A stretch of 64,000 nucleotides of DNA from Dimorphilus gyrociliatus (Eukaryota; Animalia; Annelida). A program made the position numbers and the translations under genes. The stretch is taken from assembly GCA_904063045.1 (NCBI GenBank), contig CAJFCJ010000028.1:687230-751229 (forward strand), given 5' to 3'. The notes beneath the pieces were generated by a model that saw nothing but the letters and a program-made list of their open reading frames with translations, did no database searches and was not told the DNA's origin. This document shows, piece by piece, positions 26,501 through 40,842 of the stretch (the first letter of the stretch is position 1; each line of letters begins with the position of its first letter).

Positions 26501-28488
26501 ACATTATTATTTTTAATCGCCTAGTTTGTCCTTTTATCATTTTTCTTTCTCGTCTGCAGTTTAATATTATTATGAAAATACGATTAGCCTTAAATCTGAG
26601 AAAACTGCAAAATTGAGGATTGACTTTTGAATAAAAAAAGTATTATTAAAAATAGTTTCGTCTTGCATATATTAAAGATGGAATAACACTAATCATCAGA
26701 ATATGATGGCATCAGAAATTAAATAGATAAGTCATCTTTATTAAGACTATCTCGGTTCTCTATTAATTTTTTAAATATATCATTTGAAATCACTAGAACA
26801 GATTTAATATTACCCCAATTAAGGGAAGATGAAACAAGTTCATTTTTTGATGTCATTTCTAGAAATTTGATGAATAAAACTGATATCACTTTTTTATATT
26901 CTAAATGTTAAAGAAGAAGATTAATATTGAAAGTCACATAGATATTTGCATAGTCGTATATTACTAATATATTCTTATACAATATGATCATTTCGTAAAT
27001 GACTATTAGTTAATTGTTAATAATTGCCTTAAGTTTTACTGAATACTGTATAAAAGCATGAAAATGTGCATTGAATTTGCTATTTATCCCATACCAAGTA
27101 TACTATTATGTTACTTTTCCTCTTCCTAATTACCTGTATTCCTCTTTTACACCTCGCTTCTAGATATAAGAGAATGTTTATACACAAGTGTTTTAGTAGA
27201 CTATATGATATCTTTTCTAACTTGAATCGTCTTGTTTTGCAAAAATATTGAAGCAGAGTTTTTTCATTATAAGAATAACAAGACATAAAGACGACAAGCG
27301 TACAATCGTATACAAATGTGCATATATATAAACATACTGTATATAATTTATATACACTGTATATGTATAAATATAAAAGCAAACAATGAATAGGTAGGTT
27401 TCCTATCACTTCCTCTATCTATAAGCATCTCGTTATTACTTTCTTTCAATTCTCTTATTCTCTATTTGCTACATGGCATCTCCAAATATTAACTTTTTAA
27501 AAAAAGCTCTTTCTCAGGTTTTTAATCTAATTAGTATTTGCAAACATAATTTACGTAGTTTATTACTAAATCAAGAGAATGGGAAACAATAATGTAAAGA
27601 GTTATTATTAAAAAAGAGTAAAATAAACAAAAAAGAAAACTTATAAACGCGTAAAGCTTTACGATATGTTTCTCTATGGAAGAGAGTTTTTTCCTTTAGG
27701 ATAATGAAATGATTCATGTATGTAGACTTTAGGTTTTATTTTAACCTCGTCTATTTTTCCCTCCTTTCCGGTACAATGTTTAAAGTATAAGTTTTTGTTG
27801 TTACACTTAAACAAGCAACATCTATTTTTAGATATTTGTCGTGTTCTCGTTAAGGATATATATATGAACGTTTACAGAGAAATAGAATGGAACAAATCAA
27901 GTAACTTTATACAAATAATTGTGTAAAAGCACATTAAAGGATATAAATAATTTTAACTATTAAGATTGTTTAAAAATCTTTGATTCAGCATTTCTGTTAG
28001 AAAATAGATGGTGAAATAGGAGTAGGATACGTGGGGAAGTAAAGAAATAAGAGATATTTCTATTTCTATGTTCTTTTATTATTATATTCGAAAAAAAGAT
28101 GGATAAGCTATAATAATCTGACTTTGAGATTAGTAGTTAGGAACAAAATGATTGTTATTTATTATACTAAAATTGTAAGACTTTTAAAGTCGTACAAGAA
28201 ATATTCCAAGAATTTGTTAGATAAGCGTAAAAGAATAGACACTTATTTATTTGATACTGACGTTTATGCATTTACTTGCAACTTTTTAATTTAAAAGCGT
28301 TTCTTTATAATCCAAAAAACTAAATTGTAATTAATGAATAACAATCAACAAGAAGGAATTTAATATGCAGTGTAAACAATAAATGGGCGACAGATTAATT
28401 ACAAACAGATTGAGAGGAATTAAAAGCCTACTGAAAATTTATTAATCAGTGTTACTAATAATATTCCATAAAATATATTACTAGATAA

Positions 28489-28505
28489 ATCACGTGTCAC
28501 GTGAT
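28489..28505. promoter_or_regulatory. 17-bp palindrome made of two E-boxes, flanked by GATAAA repeats
   Basis: GATAAATCACGTGTCACGTGATAAAT, about 240 nt upstream of the 84-aa secreted peptide ATG. A likely 5'UTR intron runs 28577-28698. Confidence 0.45.
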
Positions 28506-28747
28506 AAATTTGTCGACCAATAGAAAAGGTAGTTTGAGGATTACTTGATTCGTAGTTTTTCCATTGAGAGCGAAGGGTAAGTTTTATTTTACTACTTTTT
28601 CCCTTTGTAATGTTTTCAAAAGTTTTAAAAATCTTTTACCATTGAGAAGAGAAGTAAATAAATAATAAGGTATCATTTTCTTCTTTTATTATATACAGCA
28701 AAAAGTTTGGTTGAGGCAAGAACACAAGGTTAAAAGAACAATTTGCA

Positions 28748-29002
28748 ATGGCTAAGAATTGTACAATTATGATCTACTTTCTATTATTTACCGCAATTTT
28801 TAGTTTGGCATCTGTCCAGGGCATGAGCATATCGGAAGACGATCGTCGAATCATTTGCAATTTCATTGTCGAATTTGAAACGAATGACAAAATGTGTGGT
28901 GTTAAAGGAAACGAAGATTTATGTCTAGCTCTCAGCGATAAGAGAGCAAGACATCTAGCAAAGGAAACTTTACAATGCAATTCATTAAGGAAGATGCTTT
29001 GA
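28748..29002 (+). CDS. Small secreted cysteine-containing protein of unknown family (84 aa)
   Basis: Single coding exon with signal peptide MAKNCTIMIYFLLFTAIFSLASVQG; mature part has 4 Cys and one KR site; GC content above the flanks; upstream acceptor atacag. Confidence 0.7.
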   Translation: MAKNCTIMIYFLLFTAIFSLASVQGMSISEDDRRIICNFIVEFETNDKMCGVKGNEDLCLALSDKRARHLAKETLQCNSLRKML

Positions 29003-30641
29003 ATCAGTTAATTTTTTATTAACGAAGAAAATTTCAAATCAACACAATTTTTATGAATGTAAATTAAAAGAGAGAGAGAAAGGGAGCATAAATGAAAAAT
29101 ATAAAAATAAACCGAATGAAAATTTCAATAATCTCTTCTCTTAGTTTTATTATTTAAAATTCATTTTAAAGTAAAAATAGAGGAAAAAATACAAAAGAGC
29201 GCATGACAAAACACAGAGTTCGGCCTCTTTCTCCACTCTTATCTCATATATATGTGTGTATGCATACATATATTGTATATGATCAATTTGTGATTTATCT
29301 ATCAGTCAATAGGTTTAAGTGTCGCCCAGAATCGTTAATCGAGATGAATGACCCCGTTCCCCTATTGTTTTAATGCGTATTTCTTGTTAGTGTTTATTAA
29401 GATTTAGTTACAAATGTAAAATATCAATCTAAAAATACAAAATAGATATGACATAGATAGAAATTTACTATTGATTTATTAAGAGTCCATGATATTTCTC
29501 TCATCTTTGTTTACTATTCTTTAGGTTTCTCACTATTTTAAAGAATTCTTCTGATTTTAAAGGTTATCCTATTCTTCAAGTTTATTTGGAGATAATTCCA
29601 AGCCATAAGTCTCTTACACCCACGCAATAATTTCTTTTCCATAGTTTCGTGCTAGTTGTATTTATTGTTTATTCTCAACATTGAGTTTTTTAATTTCTAT
29701 TTGATTCCATTTCTTAACAGAACAGGCATTCTTGTCAAGAAAATGGAATATGTCGTTTACTAAGTTTATTAAGCGGAAGAAGTCAAGGAAGGTAGGAGAG
29801 AGAGGAAGAGTAAAAATAAAAGAACTTACTATATTTAGTCATGATTTTACTCGATAAAAATTTCTCTAATGAATAGAGATACTAAACAGAATACTGTATA
29901 AAATAACTAGAAAGGCTTGTAGATAATTATTACGCATCTTAGAGTTAACATTCTTTACTTCTTGATATTAATAGCTCATTACTTAATAGCTGCTTCTATT
30001 TCCTGGAAATATATTAATTGTTGACAGAAACATGTTTCCATTTCTTTCCAGTTAATTGTTATGTAATTTCTTATTCTTATACTAAGTCGAAGATTAATTT
30101 AAATGTGCAGCTGACAATGTAAATTTTATATATGACTTATATTATATAAAAGAAGAATATACACTTAAGAAGTGTGGAAATACTTATATGATATACTGTG
30201 TATGTTCCATAAAAAAGCGTTTAGTATTCCTTTAATAGTATCGCTGTTTTGTAATTAAATTAATCAAAGTCAACTATAAATTATAGAAATAATAGTCAAT
30301 CAAGTAGAAGATGGAATTGCTATAACTAAACATGGCGGATATAATAATTTGTAGATTGTACTACTACATAATTAAGAGGATACTCTATTTTCTCTTTTTC
30401 TAAGTCGTTCTTTATAATATCGTTAAACTATATAGTTGTTCTATAAATATTAAGTACAAAAATAGAACTAAAAAGCTTTTAAAAGTCAAAGTTTTTGTTA
30501 AAAACTTTCTCTATATTGCAATGTCAATGGTATTAATCAATAGTTTTTTAATTTGCAAATGAATACCTGGTGAAAATTGGATGTTATTTAATAAAAATTG
30601 TTGATTTTCTTAAAAACCATTTTCCGCTGTGGATCTATCCT

Positions 30642-31791
30642 TTAAATGCCTATTTTAGGCTTTGGATATTCCGAAATAACGTTTAAAAACATATCAACAA
30701 TAGTTTCTTCGATATGTGAACCTAGAAATCCTAATAGATATGATCCTCTTCCAACAACATATCTATATTTAGGTATTTTAGCTGTTACAGCATGAACGTA
30801 GCAATCAACTAAAAAACCAAGATCAGTAGTGCAGTCCTTCTCGCAGCTTTTTTGAAAGGAGTCAAGAACTAGGGAAAGAAAAGCAAATAAATTGAATAGA
30901 GTAGTCACCTAATGTATCTTATATATGATAATAATTTATCAAATAACTAAACTATATTTACATTTTTCCTGATATTCTTTTCCATAATGTTTATGCAAGT
31001 GTGATGATAATTTTGAGAATCTTTCAAGTAGTTTATGTTGTATGTTTAGTATCGATGTCTTAAAGGCACCTGGTTCAATAATATGAACACTAACTCCCCA
31101 GTCTTTCATTTCTCTTCTATGATTATTTTTAGAACAAAAATTACTATTACTATTAACTATTATTGAATAAATTTTTAGATGAAAATACGAGTACAAACCG
31201 CAAACAATCTGAAAATCCTTCGACTGCATGCTTCGAAGAACTATAAGGTCCTGTAAAGGGTAGGGCACATCTACCAGCGCAGCTTGATACATTAATTATT
31301 CTTCCCTTATCTTTTTTTATTAAATGAAGAAATTTTAAGGACGTTTGAATGAGTCCAAAAGTATTTACTTCAAAAACGTCTCTATAATCATTAATATTTA
31401 ACCAATCCGTATGACCCATTGGATCTAGTATTCCAGCATTATTAATTAATGACCATAGCCCTCTGTTACTTGGTAAAAGATTTTCAACATATTTAACAGC
31501 ATCGTCTACACTCTTTCCATCACGAACATCAATAATAATTGATTTTATGCCATTTTTTATCATACAGTTCTTTCCTTCTTCCGTAAGACATCCAGCAATC
31601 ACTTGGATATTCATTGAATGAAATTTTAAAGCAGATACTCTACCAAAACCACTATCACAACCAGTAATGAATATATAACGTTCATTCAACTTTGTTAAAG
31701 GTTTTGAGCCATAATAAGCATAAATTTTCTTTACAATCCAATATATTGATATCAAAACAATTAAAAAGGATAAAACTGCACAATTTAACAT
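30642..31791 (-). CDS. Short-chain dehydrogenase, RDH/17-beta-HSD6-like (SDR9C type); exons 31791-31199, 31116-30962, 30868-30642
   Basis: N-terminal TM; ITGCDSGFG; LINNAG; GRIINVSS; catalytic YSSSK; GVSVHIIEPGAFKT; PKYRYVVG. Confidence 0.92.
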
Positions 31792-34700
31792 TTTGTCATT
31801 TATTTTCGTCCTCGCAAAAGCTACGAATAATGGTAGACAAAGATTTTGTATAATATTTAGACAATACTCTTCTTTTCTATATTTAAAACATTCGGGTTAA
31901 TGTCAGTGACACTACTAGGTGAAGTTCAAGAAAAAATTAAACAGCTATAGGGTCAAGCCTAGTACCTCTTTCAAGTGGAGCCATCTATCGAGTGATTCAG
32001 AAAACTATTTTTTCCCTTTTTACAATAATACACTATTGAATTATGCGGAAAGTATATCAACTTGAAACTTCAGAGACATGTAAAATACCAGTACTAATAT
32101 TAACACAGCAATTCTATAAAGATAACTGATTAAGTATTTTATATAATATTGATATAATTAGTATGTTGCTGTTTACATTCATTCTATAATTCTTAGTATT
32201 TTGACTTCTTTTCGGGAAAAAAATGGTAAATTTCATCAGCTATTAATTAATTGTAACACCTTTATGATAGCTTCATAGTAATGAGTTATACCATCTAAAA
32301 ATAGTTCCCTTGTCGAAAAATGTTCTTTTGCTTTCGTTTCTTTTCAATAAGAATTTAGAATATCGACATTTTTTTGCGTATGTCTTTCCCACAACGTCTT
32401 ATCGGGAGGAGTGAGATTAGAATTTCTGAATAATTCATTAAGACCTGATTCAAGTATTCAAAAAAGTAGTATACAAATATTCATATGCATAGCTTGAACT
32501 ACTATTAAGGGTATCAACAATAAATTTAAAACAATTAGATCACTAAAACACTTTATATAGGGCTGATATCATTAGCTGGGTAGAAACGAACGTTAAAACA
32601 AAATAGTAGATCTTCTCCGAACAGAAGGCAAATTAAAGAGAAACACTACAGCTTTGCAATGGAATATTGAAAAAGAGTCAAAACTAATGGGAGATGGAAA
32701 TATTAGTGATGAAATTATATTAAGTGGTCAGTTGTAACGCGTAAACGATTCTAAATTCAATGTCAAAATCACATCATTTTTCACATCAACTGATTCTGCA
32801 ACTGTCTAGATGGGAAAAAGGATTGAACGTTGTAAGTTTCTTAAAAAAAACCAATTTTACTATGGGAGCTTAAAATAAACACTTTATGAGGCATCACTTG
32901 TCACTGAACCAGTGAAAGGTATAAAGAAGATTATTCACCTCCTAATACTTCTCCTGATGAGTTCAGTCCAATGGTTAGGATAAATCCCGAGTGTCGCTCA
33001 AACCCTAAGATAATTGATAGCTGTTTGAGGTTCTCCTCTAAATAAAATCCTTGATTTTGCTTATTATTCTTATTTATTTCCTTTCAATAAAAGCAAAGCA
33101 ATTATTCAAATGAGAATGTAAGAAACTTGGAATATTTCTATACTGATGAAATGATAAGCTATTTATATATTTCAATTAAAAATTATTTATTTTATATATA
33201 ATTATGTTTATGAGAAAATTTCTATATAAAAATATAATAAAATCTATTGGAATTTATGTTGAATATTGACGATTTTTCTTGGTAAAACTTTATTAAATCG
33301 ACATTTTTATTGAATCTATGAGAGTGAGTGGAGATGATTGAATAGAATTTAAATATTTTAGCAATGAGATCGATTCGAAAGCCTAACAGTATTTTCTATA
33401 TTCTTCTTATTTGATTAATTTTATGTGCAGACAGCCGAATAATTGAAAATCTTGGTAAATCAAAATTTACAAGATCAATTTTGTATAAAAAGCATCATTA
33501 GCATTCGTCCGGAAGGATAAGCGTTAAAATTAGAGTTTTTCAATCAGATGATTCCGATATGATAAATATTTAAACAAAATGTTTTTGAATAGCAAAAAAG
33601 TGCAAATCTTACGAAATATGATATTGTATCAACTTGTATAGTATATATAGAGAACTAGTACAAAGGTAATGTAATAAAATAGCCTTGTATCACCGGCAAT
33701 GGACAAATTAATTGTAATTTGAAACAATTAATCATATTTCTTTCAAAACAAAGCTAATCGTCTTGTACTTTATATGAAAATTAATTTATTTTCAAGGAAA
33801 CCTTTGAAAGATCCTCCTTCTCGTCATAGAAGCAGAAATGATGTTGGGAATATTATATTTAAGGTTTCGTTTCTATAACAACTAATCCTACACATAGATT
33901 AACCATTTTTAATATTTGAACTATTGAACAGTTGTATGTTCTTTTGAATTTTACCTTTTCAAAATTATTTTAGTATGATTATAGACTAGTTTATATCCTC
34001 AATAGAGGAGAGGAAGATATGAAGTCCCATAAGTTTTAATTTCGCAATATTCCACCTAGTGGTTATTAGCTGAGAGCAGATATCTAAACCATTTTTTGAA
34101 AAACCTTCTAGTCCTATCATAACACTTAGTATTAATTTAATAATAAACATGATGTACTCTGTAAACGTATGTACATATACACAATGTGTCTGCTAGTCAA
34201 CTAAAGAGAGTGATTAACTTTTAGTCTATATAGAATAGCAGCCAATTGAGAAATATCCCTTTATATAATCTAATGTATATATTAGATATGTTTCATTATC
34301 TTTTCTCTATCTATTAAATTCTTATAATTCTCTATTATAAATCAGAGTAATAAGAAATTTTAAAAAAGAAATGAACATAATTTATAATCAACGATTAGAA
34401 TACCCATTTTAGGTTTTATATAATATTAAAGAGCGAAAATTTAACAAAGAACAGGCACGATGGGGAATATTTCAACTGCCATTATATATTAAGTAGGCTT
34501 TTTTATGGTCTAAAGCCAGTTATAGTGTTATTCATTAAGAAATAAAAGATCAAAGAGTTTTACGGAGAAATTTGTTGATTTTTGTTGTCTATTATACCCC
34601 ATTAATCATTTTCCAATTAGTGAATGTCTAACTGATAAATGGAAATCATTTTTTTGTAAATGTCTTCTCGTGTCAAGATATTACAAATTATCCTTTGGAT

Positions 34701-36080
34701 GTGAAAAGATTTAGGTCTCGTAGGCAATATATCTTCTTTGGTTCTTCGACTAGGGTCGTTTATATCTACTTAAATGCTTTAGAGTTAGGAATTATCATTT
34801 ATCTTTTCATCATTGCCTCTACTGGCACATTACAAAAATAATTATATCCAAAAAGATACAACATGGAATAGATAGTATTGTATATATTCTCTAGTAAGGC
34901 TATTTTCTAATCTCAGATCTGCTGAGCTTTTTCTATCTGCGAGATGAAGCTGTATAATTTTAATGGGAACTTTGACATTTATGACTTTATAGTCAATTAG
35001 CGTAGTAACCACATTACTACATTAGTAAGAATAGTGAAATTAGGTGAAGAGTAGAGAGAATTGTTTATTTTTTCATTGTTTTAATGAATGTTAAGGGAAT
35101 AGAGTTCTCATTCATTGCCGTTAGCTTTGAAAGACAACCTTTCTGTACAACAGAATAGAATCTTAAAATGCACACGTATCTTGTATTATTAAAGATATAA
35201 CTTTCAGTCATTTATTCAAGTACTGTATGATAAAAGTAATCCTAAGGAGTTCATCTTCAGTTTTGAACAGCATTAATCTAAAAATTATCAACTATTCATA
35301 TTATTTGTAAACAATGAACACTGTTAAAAATGTCTTATGAGAAATTTAAAATTGTTCAACACTAAGAATGTCAAGAAAGCGATTATGTTTATTCAGATAT
35401 GTGGTTTTTCTATATAATGAATAGAAGATATTTGAAGTACTAGCGCATTTTTAAATTGGATGAACTTTGTGAAAAAAAATAATAAAACACTATTAATTTT
35501 TAATATTATATGTATAAAAAATTAGCTGCTTTCTTGTATCCGTTCTTTTTATTAGCTTACTTACGTCATAGACTTTTAATTTCCTGTTTTAGTTTTCTTT
35601 ATAAAAATTGTTAATATTATAAATATAAGGATACTTAAAAAGGAAGAAAGTTTATTTTATCCTCCTTCTACATTTTCTTCTTTTAATATCATTTCATTTT
35701 TGAGGGTAAAAATATTTTTATTAAAAAATATATATTAATTGTTTATTTTCAAAAAAAGGAATTAATTTGAAAAGGAAATGAAACTATTTAATAAAATATT
35801 TGAGAAATAAAAGCTCTTTTTTATACTTCAAGGGTAGTTTCAAAAAGAAAATAAATAAAAAAAGAGTTTTTTGAGGAGGGGAATTTTAAGATTTTGAGAT
35901 TTATTATTACTAAACAAGTATGATTCTTAACAATATCATTTTTAAAGATATTTGGGTTAAATAAACTGTTCTCTTTTCATTGACATTGACCGCTAGATGA
36001 CTCTACTATAGGCAACAAACGTAATTATAATATCTTAGGTAATACGTAATACTTCTGAGGTACATTCTATAAATACCAAC

Positions 36081-36084
<4 letters not shown>

Positions 36085-36117
<33 letters not shown>
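36085..36117. repeat. (AT)n microsatellite about 100 nt upstream of the ABCC start
   Basis: Direct reading. Confidence 0.9.
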
Positions 36118-36120
<3 letters not shown>

Positions 36121-36215
36121 AGAACTTTAAACATATTTTAGTACTTTTTCAAACAACCTTATTAAGAGCAACAGACTCTCTTTTTCAAATTCTATAATAC
36201 ATCTACATTCGAGAG

Positions 36216-39200
36216 ATGAATAATCCAGAGAAGACTGCTAATTTCTTATCAAAGTTTACATTATGGTTTGTAGAAATAAAAAAGAAAAAACCCATAAAAA
36301 AAACTTTATCTTCTTCTTTATCTTGTTTTTAAAGGTGGATGAACGATTTCCTAAAAGTTTGTCGTACTAAAGAAATTGAACAGAATGAATTATACGATTT
36401 AAATCCTAATGAAACATCTAATTACCTACATAGGATTTTACTAAAGTAACAGAAATTTATTATTATTGTTTAAAGTTAGGGTTAAACATTCTTTTAATGA
36501 ACAAAAATAATGACAGGAACTTGGATAAATGCTTGGAAATGAAACCAATAAGTTCTCTTAAATTTTTTTATTATGTCATTGTTAAAACTTTTAAAAATGA
36601 TTATATTCTTATGTTATCCACTTGTGCTTTGGCGGTAAATATATTTATTTATTATATATTGTTAATAATAACCTTATTAACAACAGGAGATATTTAGAAC
36701 ATCGACACCTGTTCTCCTATCAATATTAATCAGTTATTTTGAAGATGAGCCAAAAGTTAATAAGACTATGTCCTATTTAGTTGCGATTGGATTGTTTCTT
36801 GTGAATATAGTATTTGGTCAAATGAATGGATGGTACTTTCATCTAGCTGGTATAAACGCCATGAAAGTTAGATCTGCTTTTACTACAGTAATCTATGAAA
36901 AGGTTGGACTTTCTTTTTTTTGATCAAATGAATAATATTTACATATTAATTAATTTCTATATAGATTTTGAAGACGAAAAATGACAGTATACTTCAGTTG
37001 ACTTCTGGTAGAATTATTAATCATATTTCTACTGATATTGAGATTTTAACTAAAGGATTAGTGGGTGGTTGCTTTCTTATTCTGTCTCCAATATTTTCGG
37101 CTATTCTGCTCATATTAATAATATACGAAACTGGTTCATTCGCCTTTTCTCTCATTGGTGCTATAGCCGCAATTACAATTTTTCAATCGCTTCTTTCAAT
37201 GAAAGGTAGTTCAATAAGAGTAAAGATTGGTAACGAAACTGACAAAAGAGTAAAATTTATGAATGAGATAATTGTTGGTATAAAAGTTATTAAAATGTAC
37301 ACGTGGGAAAAACCGTTTATGAACATAATCAAGTTGTTTAGGAAAACAGAAGCAAACTTAATAAAAAGTGCATTACGTTTTAGATTCTTCTCTCTTAGTT
37401 TCTTTACTTTATACCAGCCACTTATGGTAGCAACACTTCTACACGTTGGAAATGGACTAAATTTAAAAACAAATTGGCCATTAACTTCCTTCTTTCGAGT
37501 ATTCTCCTATTTACAAGTTTTACAAGTTCATTGCGGGTTTTACTTACCTTTTGCGTTGTTTGAATTTCCAACTGCAATAAAATCTCTTAGAAGAATTAAA
37601 GTAAGCAATTATATACAGCTTATATATAATGGACAATTGTTAGTGCTATGAACTTGCTTACTTTTTAAGGAGTTCTTAGAAGAAGCCGATTTAAAAAAAT
37701 TTTATAAAGAGGAAGAAAACATTACGGATGAAACGATCGATAATTCAGTTATTGAAATTGCCGACTTAAAAGGATATCGAAATTATAGAGAAGGAAACAT
37801 TTCGGGCAAAGATAAAGTAAGAAGATAAACTTTTAAATAAAGATTATGTTATATTGGTTCCTTTTTACATTTCCCATTAGATCTATAAGAAAAATGAAAA
37901 AAATTTAATCCTCCAGGGAATAACATTTCAAATTGAAAGAGGGCAATTATTATTCGTTATCGGGCATGTCGGAGCTGGAAAGGTTTCTTGCTAAATTCAA
38001 TCGAAATACTAATAATTTTACTCTTTCTCATTGCTCTCTCCCTTCTTTTTTCTTCTTCTATGAATCACTCAGACGACATTAATGGATGCTTTATTAAAAG
38101 AAATTGATATTGAGTATTCGAAGAGAATAATTGGAGGAAATATATCATATAGCTCTCAAGAACCTTGGATATTTAATGGTTCGATTAGAGATAATATTTT
38201 ATTAGAAGAAGAGTACTTTGAATTAAAATATAATACCATTTTATCATCTTGCTGTTTGAATGTTGTAAGTACTTTACTGAATCTTGACAAACTAATTATT
38301 GAATAATTATTTTGCGCTATTTCTATTGAAATATTAATCATTGTTCAATCTATTACAATAGGATATAAGTAACCTAACAGATGGAGATGCTACTTTAGTT
38401 GGGGAAAGAGGATTAATGCTTAGCGGGGGCCAGAAGGCAAGAATAAATCTTGCTAGGTAAACAAACTACAGTAACTTAATTATTAATTGTCGTTATACTA
38501 TATTTTTTTATTCAATAGATCATTATATAAAGAAGCTGACGTCTACATTTTAGACGATCCATTAAGTGCCTTAGATGCTAGGGTTTGTCAACAAGTTTAC
38601 CAAAAAGCTATTAAAACCTTTCTAGCCGAAAAGGCTGTTATTTTGGTTACACATCGTTTGAATTTAATTAGAAATAAGGATAGGGTTCTCTTCCTTGAAA
38701 ATGGCCGTCAGAAGTTTATAGGAGAATATGACGATTTTAAAAAAACAGCAGTCAGTCTTAATCAACCAGAAGTAGTAAATTCAGTCTCAACAAAGAGTCT
38801 ATTGTCAAAGAAGACAAAATCAGAAGCAAAATTGAAAGAGGAAAATATAAAATACGGAAAAGTTGGAATAGATGTTTACTGGGTTTATTTGAAAAGTGGT
38901 AGGGCTCTAATTGCTATGCTTGCTTCAATCCTACTTTTGACCGGCTTTTCTTACAACACCTACAACAATTATAGCTTATTAGAAATAGTCAGAAAATCAA
39001 ATTCCACTAAGGGATTGGATATGAATAAAGCCTATTTGTTTCTAGGAAACATTTTTGTTATTTGGCTAACCTTCGCCCTTGGCCTAATTTCAATGTCAAA
39101 CTTTACAACTACGGCCTCTAGAAATTTACATAATAAACTCTTCCAAAAGATAATGATGGCTCCTTGCCGTATCTTTGATGAAAATTCCACTGGTCAAATA

Positions 39201-40842
39201 GTTAATAGATTTTCTCGAGACATCGGATTTATAGACAATCTCCTACCAGTCATTGTCTATGATATAAATACAGTGTTTATGGGAATTATTACGGCTATAG
39301 GCTTTACTTTTTATGTCATCCCATACGTGGTTATTGTTAGTGTTTTCCTATGCCTAATATTGGCGTACGTCATATACTATGTTATAAGAACGTCGAGGCA
39401 TGCTAGAAGATTGGAAGCTGCAGCTAGAAGTCCACTTTATTCCGCCATTTCTGATACTTTACCTGGCTTAAGAACTATTAGAACTTTAGGCGTTTCTGAT
39501 AAGTATTTAGCAAAGGTTCAAAGACTTTCTGAAGAGCATACGAAAGCATGGTACATGTTCATCTGTTCGTTTAGGTGGATGGGTTTTCGGCTTTCGTGGA
39601 TTATATCACTTTTCCTCTTTTTGTCTAATATTTTGTGTATAGCATTAAGTTCAACTATAAGTCCTTCGCTTATGGGTTTAGCAGTCATAAATATTCTAAA
39701 TATCCTAGAACCCTTTGAATTCTTCTTTAGAATGTTAACTGAATTGGAGAATGCTGTAAGTAGCCTACGATCCCATATATATATATATTTTTTACCGAAA
39801 ACCTAATACAATTTAAAACTATTTTTAAAAACGAAAGATGACTTCCGTTGAAAGAATCAATGAATATACGAAAATTGAAAGCGAACATAGCCTTCATGGT
39901 AAACCAGAACTCGAACCGCCAAAAGATTGGCCTTCAACGGGAAAATTGCAATTTGAAAATGTAGTGTTGCAGTATATTCCAGAGAAATCTCCAGTTCTCA
40001 ATGATATTTCATTTACGTTCGAAAATGGCGAAAAGGTACAATATAATCAAGATGATTTATTAAAATAACAAAACAATTTCCTCTTAAAAAAATTATAGAT
40101 TGGTGTTGTTGGTAGAACTGGAGCTGGTAAGAGTTCTCTGCTGGTTGCAATGTTAAGGCTAGCCAAAACATCAGGAAAAATGATTCTTGATGGCATTGAC
40201 ATGACTAAATTATGTTTAGAGGCAACTCGCAAGCATTTTTCGGTAATACCCCAAGATCCGGTAATATTTGGTACAACGTTACGAAAAAACTTGGATCCTT
40301 TTAACGAGCATAAAGATACTGACATTTGGTTAGCATTAGAAAGAACTCAATTATCTCCCAAATTTGTAAAAGGCGTAGAGGGTTTAAATGTAGAATTAAC
40401 TGAGTCAGGTGCAAACTTAAGCTATGGCGAAAAGCAATTAGTATGCTTGGCTAGAGCTTTATTAAAGAAAACTAAGATATTAATTTTAGACGAGGCTACC
40501 GCTAACGTTGACGAAGAGACTGATGAAATTATTCAAAAAGTACTTAGAGACGCTTTCTATCAATGTACAGTTATTACTATAGCCCATCGTCTAAATACAA
40601 TTGTGAATTGCGGAAGGGTTTTAGTTATTGGAAATGGCAAAATAATTGAGGATGGTGATCCTTTGAACTTGCTAAAAATCAATAGTGAATTTAGACGTTT
40701 AGCTGAATACGACGGTTCGTCTAACGTAGATAAATTATTAAAGATGGGGGAAGAACTGAGGAACGATAATGGAACAGAATTGCTCAAGGACTCAATTAGC
40801 AACAACCACAATTCCGACGTAGTTGACGATACAATCTTGTAA
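36216..40842 (+). CDS. ABCC4: ABCC4/MRP4-like ABC transporter (TMD1-NBD1-TMD2-NBD2, no TMD0), about 12 exons
   Basis: [17 protein letters not shown]|W; NBD1 GHVGAGK|[26 protein letters not shown]; NBD2 [43 protein letters not shown]; C-terminal DTIL*. Exact orthology within ABCC is uncertain. Confidence 0.88.

Noticed and set aside
26946-26962. TTGCATAGTC resembling the 5' end of miR-153
   Set aside because: The match stops after 10 nt and there is no hairpin.
27080-27409. 109-aa minus-strand ORF
   Set aside because: Y/I/L-rich product of AT-rich low-complexity DNA with no splice or motif support. The same applies to the ORFs at 7626, 8210, 8268, 59062, 60770 and 63043.
32560-33050. Slightly GC-richer island with coding-like fragments (ADIISWVET, VDLLRTEGKLK...), possibly a decayed gene or LINE endonuclease piece
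   Set aside because: Stops and frameshifts in every frame, and motif spacing does not fit; it cannot be assigned without a repeat or protein search.
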